Source of the DNA: Octopus sinensis
Taxonomy: Eukaryota
Direction: 5' to 3'
Length of the DNA: 64,000 nucleotides
NCBI RefSeq assembly: GCF_006345805.1
Contig: NC_043003.1
Location: forward strand, 19,654,001 to 19,718,000
The notes beneath the pieces are model-generated. The model saw only the letters and a program-made list of their open reading frames with translations. It was not told the DNA's origin and did not search any database. Each line of letters begins with the position of its first letter. Within the stretch, counting starts at the first letter, position 1. The position numbers were made by a program, and so were the translations under genes. Shown in pieces: positions 43,107 to 54,924 of this stretch.

Positions 43107-45551
43107 TATACACAAACACACTCCACAATTTAACAATGTTGGGTTCAAGTTTTGGGTTTCTTTAAAAAAAAAAAACTATTTGAAACCAATACTTTGGGTT
43201 TTTTAAAAATTCATTGATTATAATGAAGCCTTGTTAAAAATTTCAGTTTTATGTTTATTATATAAATATTGACCTTTTTGTTTTCTAGTAAGATATTGCA
43301 TCAGTAATGCAAATATATACAAATCCCAGGATTTATATATTCTTAATCCTGTGCTCTTATCATCCATGTACTTTTTCTTAGTGTTATCTTTGTTATTTTG
43401 AAAAGGCTTGAATGCTCTCACTTCCACTTAACTTCGCTCTGCCCTCCCTAACTGAGGTTTTGTGCTGATGTAATTTATGTATGATATTCATTTATTAATG
43501 CTTGGCATTGCTATTTTTTTTCATATTATGCTTTTTATTATTATTGTTTTTATTATTGTTGTTTATTGTTTCTTCTAAAACTGCCATCCACATTAAATAT
43601 CATATGTACAGTCTCTTGACCTGCTAAAATAGTTGTCAAATCTCCAGAATGTTCCATCCTAACTATCTCAGATAAAGAGGGTTCATTGGACATATGGTCC
43701 CTGATATATATAAAAAAAAGAAAAGGGAAGAAAATGCACTGGGGCTGTACAACAATTAACACTCTTTTTTTTTGTGCATCATTGTTTTTTTTTTTCCCTA
43801 TATTTTACTTACACAATTGTTAAATAGTTAAAAGCATTTGTTTACACCTGTTGTGAATTTGTATGTATTTGATACACATTGTCATGTTTTGGACAAGACC
43901 CTCAACTCTCATTGTTTCCTTTTGTTATGTATGAAGCACTCTTAGTATTATAGTGTTTTGAGATTCCATTGCTTTTATTATTATTATTAAGATGACAAGC
44001 TGGCAGAATCATTAGAGAATTGGTAAAAATGCTTCACAGCTCTTCAAATTCTGAGTTCAAATCCTGCCAAGGTCAACTTCACCTTTCATCCCTCCAGCTT
44101 GATATAAACTACTGGGATTAATGGTATTGACTGGTCTTTTCTCCTCAAAAATTACTAGTCGTGTGCCTAAATCGGCAATCACCATTATTATTATTAAAGT
44201 GGTGAGCTGGCTGAATCATTAGCACGCTGGACAAAATGCTTAGCAGCATTTCATCTGTCTTCATGTTCTGAGTTCAAATTCCACTGAGGTCGACTTTGCC
44301 TTTCATCCTTTTGGGATTGATGAAATAAGTACCAGTTGAACACTGGAGGCAATGTAATCAACTCCTCTCCTTCCCACCAAAATTGCTGTCCTTATAGCAA
44401 AATTTGGAACCATTATTTAGTGGTGAGCTGGCAGAATCGTTAGCATGTTGGGCAAAATGCTTAACATTTTGTCTATCTTTACATTCTGAGTTAAAATTTC
44501 TGCTGAGGTTGACTTCGCCTTTCATCCTTTCAGGGTTGATAAAATAAGTACCAGTTGAGCACTGGGGTCAATGTGTTTTGACTAGCTCCCTCCCTCCCAA
44601 ATTTCAGGCTTTGTGCCTATCGTAGAAGGGGTTATTAAGACTGTAGAGCTGGCAGAACCATTATAGCATTGGAAAGATACCTCAGCACATTTCTTTCTAG
44701 CTCTTTATGTTATGTACTCAAATCCCATTGAGGTAAATTTTGCTTTTTATTCCTTTGGGGTTGATAAAGTAATAGCTTTCATGTAATCAACTAACTCTCC
44801 CATTGAAATTGCTGGCTTTGTGCTGAAAAATTGAGCTGACAGACTTAGAGTATCAAAAAAAATGCTTTGCATTATTTGTTCCAGTGCTTCATGTTATAAA
44901 TTCAAATATTCCTAGAGTCAACTTTGCCTTTCATCCCTCTAGGGTTCATAAATTTAAGGTACTAGTGAAGTGTGGGGATTGATAGCATTGACTAATCTCT
45001 TCTTTTCAAAATTGCTGGCCTTGTCTAAATCAGAAACCATTATTAAAGGCAATGAACTGGTGGAATTGTTAGGGCTTTGGGCAAAATGCTTAGAGGCTAT
45101 TCTTCCATCTCTTTTATATGCTGAGCTCAAAATCTTGCTGAGATCAACTTTGGTACTTCAAAGATCAACTCCAAAAGGATAAAAGGCAGACAAGAAGTGA
45201 GGTCGATGTGATTGACGAACTCCCTTCCCTTATAATTGTTGGCCTTGAGCCACAATTTTGAAACGATTATTATTTTTATTAGGTAATATTTAAAAAATTA
45301 GTTGATGGCAGTAATTGCATCCCATTGTATTTCTGAGTTCATATCCTGCTGAAGTTAAATTGGATTTTCATCTTTCCAAGTTCGATTTAAGATAAGTACT
45401 GGCCAAGTACTGAAATCCATAAATAATCAACAATGTTCTTCCTCAAAATTTGTACCCTTGCACCAATATTAGCTGTTACTGTTGCAATTAGCACTATTGC
45501 ATTGCTGAAGACTAAGTCATTGGATTTACTTATATTTCCTTTCTGTCAATA

Positions 45552-46330
45552 ATACAAGGTGTCTATAAATGACCTTTCCAATTTGAAAAGTTCAGAAAAA
45601 AAATGAAAAATAAGTATAATCTGGCAGAGTTTATTGGAAGACACTTCTGTGTGAGCTCCACTGGTTGCACATATCTAGATGTTCAGCTTCTGACCATTTG
45701 CATTAGAGCATCCTCTTATCAATATTGGATATGACTTGGCATATTTTTTCCTCGAGATCTTGAACATTTGTATGATAGACTCTGTCTTTAATGTAGACCT
45801 ATAAGAAGTCTAGAGGGGTTTATATCTTGTGACCTAGATGGCCAGGAAATTGAACTGCCTCTTGCAATCCACCAGTTTCGGAAAGTTTCATTAAGAAATT
45901 CTTGAACATTCGACTGCCAATGTGTGGTGCACCATCTTGGAAAATAACTGTTGGTTGCAAGTTGTGCAACTGTGGTTCCACAAATTCTTGTAAAAAATCA
46001 GAGTAAGCATTGGAAATAATTGTTTCTTTTGCAAAGAAAAAATGGGCCAGTCATTTGATCTAACACAAGACCACACCAAACATTGACTTTTGGGTTGTTT
46101 CTTTCCAGTCCTTTTGTTTTGTTTGGGTTTTCCAAACTCCAGTTCCTGTTGAGCATATTTATCATTCCTGATACACGAAATGTTGCTTTATCACTGAAAC
46201 AACTCTTTCAATGGAACCCCTCATCTTCATCTAATTGAGCTAACATGTCCACCACAAATTGTTTCCTTTAGGGTTTGTCATCTAGCTAAAGTGCTTGCAA
46301 AAGTTGCACCTTATAAGCATAAAGCCTCAA
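45552..46330 (-). mobile_element. Tc1/mariner DD41D (rosa-type) transposon fragment
   Basis: With frameshift repair, minus 45945-45800 reads IFQDGAP(P)HWQSNVQEFLNETFRNWWIARGSSISWPSRSQDI.PLDF, with 41 residues between the Asp; TACAAGGTGTCTATAAATGACC end at ~45554. Confidence 0.65.
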
Positions 46331-47464
46331 GTTCTTGTGCAAAACTTCAATAATATTTACTTAAAATATGCAAAGTTGATTGATAAATCTCAACTTTAAT
46401 AGATACTATAAATTGTGGAAATTGTAATGATAATTTATTGACATTCTGTATGTGTTCATTCTCTCTAGATCTTAACTGTAATTATGATCTTTAATAGTAA
46501 AAAAACAAGTGTTTTTTCTTATTCTGCCAGAATGTAAATCTTATTCTAGGTTGCAATAGATATCTTTCTTTCCCCACTTTTTAATTCTTACAGGAAAGGC
46601 ATTGATGACACAGGAACTCATACTTTCTCTTTCCCCATTATTCTAACCAGTATATCTGACCATAGGAAAAGAGATTTTTATTTTAATATAAATTACATGT
46701 CAGTTTTTTTGAACTGGGCAAAACAGTCTTGACTCATTCTGCTGAGCTCATACTGGAAGGGCTGCGAGCTTTTACCTTCAATGCTAGACCTGTTTGCAAG
46801 AGGGAACCTCTGACATAGTCACTTGGCTTGCTAAAAATAGCAGACAAATTTCTCTCAAATCACATGTTACCATCTCTTAAAGTGTAATTCTTGATACCTA
46901 AGGACATGATGATTATGGCTAGAATGTCTTAGATCATGGGTCTGCTTGATCAGAATTAACTTGGAAGTAAACAAGAAAAATATATAACCCTGTTTTTTTT
47001 TTTTTATATCAGCCTGTAGACATAAGATACAAAGTCTATAACCTCTATTTTATGGTGGACTTATTATAAAGAAATTGATAATTAGATATAAAAAGTTGAA
47101 ATTTTAAAACACAATTTGCAGCATTTGGTTTTGAGTTCAAATTCTGCTAGTGTCAACTTCTGGCTTTCATTTAGCTGCACTAGGAGTGATGGAACTATTT
47201 AATGTTAGGGTTGATTTGTAAGTGTGTTAGAAGCTGCTGGGGGTAAGTCTGTTCTAAGGAAAATAATGAATCTTTAATTTTACAAATTTCACTGTTGTGT
47301 AACTTATGCTGAATTACTGTTTTGGCCTTAAGGGTTTAATCCATTTATTATACCATGGGTTTTAGGGACTTTGGCAGGTGGTTTCAAAATCTTGAATGTG
47401 AGCAAAGGGCTGCACAAATAAGAGTCCCACATCCTCACGCTAAACAACTATTTCTCTTTTCTCT

Positions 47465-47852
47465 CTTCTCTTTTACTAGTTTCAGTCATTTGACTGCGGT
47501 CATGCTGGAACACTGCCTTTAGTCGAGGAAATCGACCCCAGGACTTATTCTTTGGAAGCCTAGTACTTATTCTATTGGTCTGTTTAGCTGAACTGCTAAG
47601 TTACGGGGACGTAAGCATACCAGCATTGGTTGTCAAGCGAAGTTGGGGGGACAAACACAGACACACACACATATATATATATACATATATACGATGGGCT
47701 TCTTTTAGTTTCCGTCTACCAAATCCTCTCACAAGACTTTGGTCGACCCGAGGCTATAGTAGAAGACACTTGCCCGAGGTGCCATACAGTGGGAATGAAC
47801 CCGGAACCATGTGGTTGGTAAGCAAGCTACTTAATAGACAGCCACTCCTGCA
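47465..47852 (-). mobile_element. Family B SINE
   Basis: Full reverse-complement copy. Confidence 0.9.
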
Positions 47853-49475
47853 TCTATAGAGATAAAATATCAGTAATATTAATTTAATTGACTCTACAAC
47901 CTAAAACTTAATTTTGTGCAATCTGGTGAGTTGGCAGAGTTGTAATGTTGGAAAAAAATTTCTTGTGTTATTTATTTTGGCTCTTTACTTTGTGTCTTTC
48001 ATCCTTTCAGAGTCTATAACATAAAGTACCAGTCTATTGCTGGAGTCAATATAATCAACTAAACCCCGCTCTCCCTAAAATTGCTGGCCTTGTGCAAAAA
48101 ATGAAAATTATTATAGTAAAAGTGATGGTTTGGCAGAATCGTTGAAGAGTCAAACAAAGTACCTTGCAATATTTACTTTAGTCCAAAGGCAGTGATCTGG
48201 CAGAAATGTTAGCATGCTGGGTGAAATGCTTCGTGGTATTTCGTCTGCCATTACGTTCTGAGTTCAAATTCTGCCGAGGTCGGCTTTGGCTTTCATCCTT
48301 TCGGGGTTGATTAAATAAGTACCAGTTACGCACTGGAGTCGATATAATCGACTTAATCCGTTTGTCCTTGTTTGTCCCCTCTATGTTTAGCCCCTTGTGG
48401 GCAATAAATGAATAAGAAACGTTAGAAAACTGGGCAAAATGCTTAGCGGTATTTTGTCTGCCATTACGTTCTCAGTTCAAATTCCGCCGAGGTTGACTTT
48501 GCCTTTCATCCTTTCAGGGTTGATAAATTAAGTACCAGTTACACACTGGGGTTGATGTAATCGACTTAATCCCTTTGTCTGTCCTTGTTTGTCCTCTCTA
48601 TGTTTAGCCCCTTGTGGGCAATAAAGAAATAAGAATCTTTAGCATGCTGGGCAAAATGTTTAGTGGTATTTCATCCATCTTTCTGTTCTGAGTTCAAGTT
48701 TTGCCAAGGTCAACTTTGCCTTTCATCCTTTTGGGGGTTGACAAAATATGTACTGGTTGAGGACTGGGGTCGATATAATCAACTTAGCCCCTGCCTTGAA
48801 ATTGCTCATCTTGAGCCAAAATTTGAAACCAATAATTGTTCCAGTTCTTTATGCTTTGAGTTCAAATTCTGTTGAGGTCAACATTGCTTTTCATTCACCC
48901 AGGGTCAGTAAACCACCACTCGTGTGCTGATGTTGGTTTAATCAACTAACCCTATTCACTCAAAATTTCCAGCCTTGTTTCTTTATTGGAAACAATTATT
49001 ATTATAATTATTGAGTGCTAACGATTTCAAAGATTCATTATACAAAATATTTCGCAGCTCTTTACATTCCAAGTTCAAATTCTTCCATGGTCATCTTTGC
49101 CTTTCATCTTTCCAGGGTTGGATACAATAAATACCAGTCAAACACTGTCATTTTAAGTGATTGAACCCTTCTCCCTAAATTTCTGGTCTTGTGTCTGTTA
49201 AAAATTATTGTAATTATTATTTAATTTTTTTTTGGTATATTTTGTTTCATAGTTTTTATCACTGTTGTCAGTTTACCATAACAACATATACTAAAATAAT
49301 TTTCATTAAATTTTGCACACATGAGATAACCTTACTTTCAAGGGTACACACACACACACACTAGTGAGGTCCAGTGTGGCCTAGGTCCTATTTCCTTAAA
49401 TTTTTTTGCACTCCAGAAGCAGACAGTTGCATGAAGCCAACTACCATGATGGCTTTAATTTTACCTTTTTTTTTC

Positions 49476-49510
<35 letters not shown>

Positions 49511-51245
49511 TTCTCTCCCCTCTATGCTACATAGAAAATTTTACTAAATAAGGGAGAAGAGAGTGATACAATTAACTAAAATCAATTAAAACATCCTTTT
49601 CCTTAGTTTCACTCAAACGAGCATTCATTCATATATTTGCTGTTATCATTATGATATGAAGAAGCTTTGGGTGACAATTGTTTGACTATTTGGCGAAATG
49701 CCTTGTATCAATTTTTTTTTTTTTTTTTTTTTTTCTCTAAATTGAAATAATGCCAGGGTCGGTCTTGCCTTTCATCCTCCCTGGGGATCAATTTAAAAGA
49801 ACGAAAAAAATTTTTAACTAAAGTAAAATATGTACAAGTCAAAATACAGCGGTTGAATTTAAAATAATTGATTATACAGTCTCTCATTTTCGGCCCTGTG
49901 CCAGTTTTAGAGAAAAAAATAAATCATTACAAAGTGAGGTGGGGATAGGTATTGTTGGCAGATGTCAGAAATACTAGAAAAAAAAAAAAAAGTGGGCAAA
50001 ATGCCTTGCGATATTTGTCTTTTTTTTTTTTGTTCCAAGTTGCATTCCTGCCAGCACTAGCTTTGTCTTGCATCCTAAGGGGCTCAATTAAAACAAGTGT
50101 CAGTAACACACATACACACTGGTTGTAATTTACTGTATATGATGGCTTTTAAGGTGTGCTTTTTAAATTTTTTATTTACATAAAATACATCCCTAAAACT
50201 CAGCCTACATCTTGAGAACACTAGGTTTATGTTACTGGCAAGTGGTGGCTCAAATGCTCTGCTGAAATTGAGTGACATTCTAGATAAGCTGATGCACCAT
50301 ATAGCCTATCCATCTAATATAAATATAGCAATCGTGTTCCCCACTTTCCCACTTGAAGTGAGGTTTTTTTTTTTTTTTTTGCCCTGCTCGCTTTTAAATT
50401 CAATCCCCATTGAGACAGCCCCTTTATCACTTCTCTAAGGCTGATAAAACAGATATCAATGTTATATTGGAATCAATCCCCTGCCCCTCTCCCCTACACA
50501 CACACAAAAAGAAGCAAAACTCAGGCTTTGTTCATCTGTTAGAAAATATATTATTATCAGGGCAGTGTATTGGCAGAATCATTAGAGCATCAGACAAAAT
50601 GCCTTGCAGTATCAGTTCTGGCTCTTTATATACTGAGTTCAAACCCTGCCAGGGTCAACTTTGCCTTTCATCCTTCTAGGGTTAATAAAATGAAGTACCA
50701 GTTAGGCACCGGGATTGATATAATCTACTAAGCCCTCTCCACAAATCTCTGACCTTGCACCTATGTTTATTATGATTATTTAAGGCGGCGAACTGGCAGA
50801 ATTGTTAGCATGCCGGGCGAAATGCTTAGCGGTATTTTGTCTGCCGCTACGGTCTGAGTTCAAATTCTGCCGCAGTCGACTTTGCCTTTCCTCCTTTCGG
50901 GGTTGATAAATTAAGTAATCAACTTAATCCCTTACCCCCAAGCTGCCCTTTGGCAAAAATTTGAAATTATTATTATTATTATTATTTAAGGTGGTGAGCT
51001 GGCAGAATTGTTTGCATTCCGGGCAAAATGCTTAACAGTATTTTGTCGGTCTTTACATTCTGAGTTCAAATTCAGTCCAGATTGACTTTGCCTCTCATCC
51101 TTTGTGGATTGTTGAAATAAGTACTATCTAAGCACCGGGTCAATGTAATTGATTTACCCCACCCCTCAAAATTGCTGGCCTTGTGCCAAAATTTGAAACC
51201 ATTATTATTGTAATCATAATTATTATTATTAGTAAATATATATAT

Positions 51246-51623
51246 ATCAAAATAAGCAACAAGGATATCCAGAGGTAATGCAGTATGATCGTTTCATGCA
51301 ACTCCATTTAATTGAACAATGCAATCATTTCATTACATCAATTTAAAATGTAGAGCAATCTTCAGCTGCACAAAGACATAGAATTTAATTAAATTAGAAC
51401 AGAAGGACACATTAGTATAATTTTACCTAAGATCTCCAATAAGTTAAGGAGATAGACAAAGATGTACCTACAACATCATAGTTGTAACTCTGTCTTTGTG
51501 TACCTGAAGATTGCTCTACATTTTAAATTGATGTAATGAAATGATTGCATTGTTCAATTAAATGGAGTTGCATGAAACGATTGTACTGCATTACCTCTGG
51601 ATATCTTTGTTGCTTATTTTGAT
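51246..51623. mobile_element. Foldback element with 133-bp inverted arms, each carrying a hammerhead-like core (Penelope-like relic)
   Basis: 51246-51378 is the reverse complement of 51491-51623 with ~5 mismatches; CTGAAGA...GAAAC-gat(c/t)-(G/A)TA occurs in both arms. Confidence 0.75.
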
Positions 51624-54413
51624 TTTAATCACCTTATTTTGAAATTGTATGAATAATACCGTACTAAATTCTGGTGCCTCAACTTAAGTACCATATTCAT
51701 CTGAATCTATATATATATACACACACATATACACAACTATTATTCAGGGTGAAGAATCGGTAGAGTCATTATAGAGTTGGAAAAATAAAATGCCTTGTAT
51801 TTTTTTTCCAGTTCTGGTTTCAAATACTGTCAAGGACAACTTTTACCTTTCATCTCTTCACAGGTGTTGATAAAATACAGTACCAGTCAAACTACTGGGG
51901 TCAATGTAATTGACAAACCCCTAACTCCCTTTGAAATTACTGGCCTTGTGCCCAAATTAGAACCTATTATATTGTAGCCTATATATAATGTAAATAGCCG
52001 ATCATTTATCTGTTTATTCCTTTAATACTTTGCTGTTTGGGTTTTTCACATTCCAATTTATGGTCTGGGGTGCTTTACATGTGTATATAGTATACATCTA
52101 TATTTATACATCAACTGTTTTGTTCTCTCTTTTCTTGTCCCTTCCTCTGCCTTTTCTTGTTTTCCCTTACAACTGTTATTGATGCATTGAAAAAAAAAAA
52201 AATCAAAAGCAAGTAAAAAAAAAAGATGCTACTAAAAATTGCTTTGTGCCATTAAAAATAATTTTGTTGTTGCTGTTACTGTGTTGATATGAGAGGTGTA
52301 TATATATATATAAAATGATAGTTGTGAGAAAAAAAATTTACAACTTTCAATACAGCCAGTAATTTTCTTTTAAAACAGAAATGGGTGGGGGGATTTAAAA
52401 AAAAACAACTTTTCACCCCTTTTTAACATTTTCTTCCTACATCTAGAAATTCTCGTTTCTTTTTGATGTAAAAAAAAAATCTATTGATAGATTTGTTCAA
52501 AAATTAAACTTTTTTTTTTTAAATTTTTAATTTGTTTATAAACTGACACCATCTTGTATTTTCATTTCATTCTATTTTATTTTTTTCTGCTTGCTATGGA
52601 ATATATGAATATAATATACATATATATATATTTGTATATAGACATGTGCTTCTTTGCAGCTAAGAATTTTTAACTCTTATTTCTAGCAATGTAGGTGCTG
52701 TCCTGCACTCAGTTACAGTTAGCGACAATTGAATGTTTTCCTTTTTGGTTTTATATTGCATATAGTCACCTTTGTTATTTTATATATATAATAATAATAA
52801 TATTAGGGAGTATAACTCCAAACTTACAGGGAAAAATTCAATTTAGTCTTAAATCAAATTTCACAATATAAATATATAATATATATAAATTAGAGAAAAA
52901 ACCGCTATTATAATTATTATATATTGTTTATTCATTTTTGTACTTTTTGTGATTTAGTTATGTTTTATAATATATTTTATTTTTTCTCTAATTTATATAT
53001 ATATTTCTTATGCATAGCGATATTACTAACCTGGTGTTAGAAAGAAGCATTAGTCAAGTACAGAGTATAATAGAAAATTAAATAAATGACAAGGGAACAA
53101 GAAGTTACATAATGAACTGCATTGGCTTACTGTTGTTTCTGCTGTAACATGCAATCCACTTGGGTGCTTGTGTATCACTCAACTTTGAGTGCATTGCATG
53201 TTGTAGAAAAACAACTGTAAGCTAATGAAGTTCATGACAATTTTTTTGTTACCTTGTCATTTAGTTAATTATATATATATATTTAATTATTCTAGTTCGT
53301 TATTATAATTAAGGTGGCGGTGGAGTGGCAGAGTCATTGCTGTCAGAGAAAATGGTTTGCAGCCGTATTTGTTCCAATTCTTTACATTCTTAGTTGAAAA
53401 ACCAAGGTCAACTTTGCCTTTCATTCCTCTGGGTGGTGGGGTGATAAAATGAAATACCTGTGACATATTGGGGTTGATTTCATTAACTCCTCCACCTCTC
53501 CCCTCAAAACTGCTGGCCTAGTGCCTATTGATTATTGTTATTATTAGAGTGGTGAGTTGGCAGAATTGTTAGAGCATTGGACAAAATACCTTGCAATATT
53601 TCTTCTGGCTCTTTATGTTCTGAGTTCAAACCCTGTCAAAGTCAACTTAACCTTCCTTCCTTCTGGAGTTGATTAGACATCGTATCAGTGAAATACTGAA
53701 GTCGAATTGACTATTCTCCTCTCCCTAAAATATTTCTGGTCTTGTTCTTTTGGTGGACCCTTTAAAATGTCGGACAAAATGCTTTGCAGTATTTGTTTCA
53801 GTCCTTTACATTCTGAGCTCAAATCCTGCCAAGATCAAATTTGCCTTTCGTCTTTTTGGGGGTCTATAAAGTAAAGTGCCAGTGAAATACCGGGGTTGGT
53901 TTGACTAATTTCCTGCCCTAATTTTGAGGCCTTGTGCCACCAGTGATAGAAATTATGTATTTTTTGGGAATTTCATATTCTTTACCATTTTAGTATAAAA
54001 AAAAATTTTTGGGGAAGGAGTGGTTATTATTGTTATTTTTATTATTATTATTATAGGGTTGGTGGATGGGCAGAATTGTAAGAGCAATAGGGGAAAAAAA
54101 ATGGTCTTGCAGTATTTTTTCCAGCTCTACATTCTGAGTTCATATCTTGCCGAGGTTAACTTTGCCTTTCAGCCCATCAAGGTTGATAAAATGAAGCACC
54201 CGTCAAGTACTGGAGTCAGTTTGACTAAAACCCTCCCCTCAAACAATGCTGGCTTTGTGCCTAAATTAGAAACATTATTGTTGTGGTATGCAGTAGGTTT
54301 TCTTATTGGACTGAATTTGGTTATCCAGTTTCACATCCAAGCTGGAACCTTTTTCATCACTTTATGTCCCTACTAATGCCACCCTGAAAAAGGCACAAAC
54401 ATCTCTCTCTCTC

Positions 54414-54924
54414 TCATGGGATGTCTAGACAAGGGTTCATATACACAATAGGCTTCTTTCAGTTTCCATCTACCAAATACTTACACGGTATTGGTCAGCC
54501 TGGGGCTATATGGTATATGCCCAAAGATGCTGCACTGTGGGACTTAATTCAGGACCACATGGTAGATTTCTCACAGTACCATGGTTATCACAGATTTGAA
54601 ACTAATAATCAAACTCTCAGAAGTTAGTTAATATATTTTTTTTATAACAGTTGGACGTTGAGATTTTTATGAAAATATGTTTTCATACGCACACACACAC
54701 AACTAGAATTCTCATTTAGAAATAATGTCCTTCCTCACCATGTATGTGCAGTTAGAAGGAAATACATCAACACTTTAATTTACATAAGTTTAAATGTGAT
54801 CCTTTGTTGATATTTTGGTCAGAAGGTCATGCCATATGCTGCAGCTAGTTTGGTTCTGTAATCTCTCCAACGCAGCCTGTACTGCTTTCTTGGGTTGCTC
54901 TCCACAGTTTGTGAGAATCATAAA
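54414..54924 (-). repeat. ~510-bp direct duplicate of 58568..59078 (3' part of the FANCF-like last exon plus 3'UTR)
   Basis: The ends align at offset 4154 (atgtctagacaaggg at 54421 / atgtctaaacaaggg at 58575; gagaatcataaa ending at 54924 / 59078). Scattered substitutions and small indels; flanks are unrelated. Confidence 0.95.

Larger units (their letters stand above)
43990..54280 (+). repeat. Array of ~20 co-oriented family A SINE copies and fragments (blocks ~43990-45470, 47925-49200, 50560-51205, 51750-51970, 53310-54280)
   Basis: Repeated gagctggcagaa...gagttcaaat...actttgcctttcatcc...aagtaccag...gctggccttgtgcc...(att)n; every copy I could read is on +. Confidence 0.85.

Noticed and set aside
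46598-46672. TGATGA...CTGA spaced like a C/D snoRNA
   Set aside because: C box lacks the purine, terminal stem is only 2 bp, no C'/D' boxes, and the guide matches no rRNA or snRNA segment I recall
43990-54280. Regularly recurring motifs that might be read as a CRISPR-like or tandem gene array
   Set aside because: The units are ~200-bp diverged SINE bodies with tRNA A/B boxes and irregular spacing, in eukaryotic DNA with no cas genes
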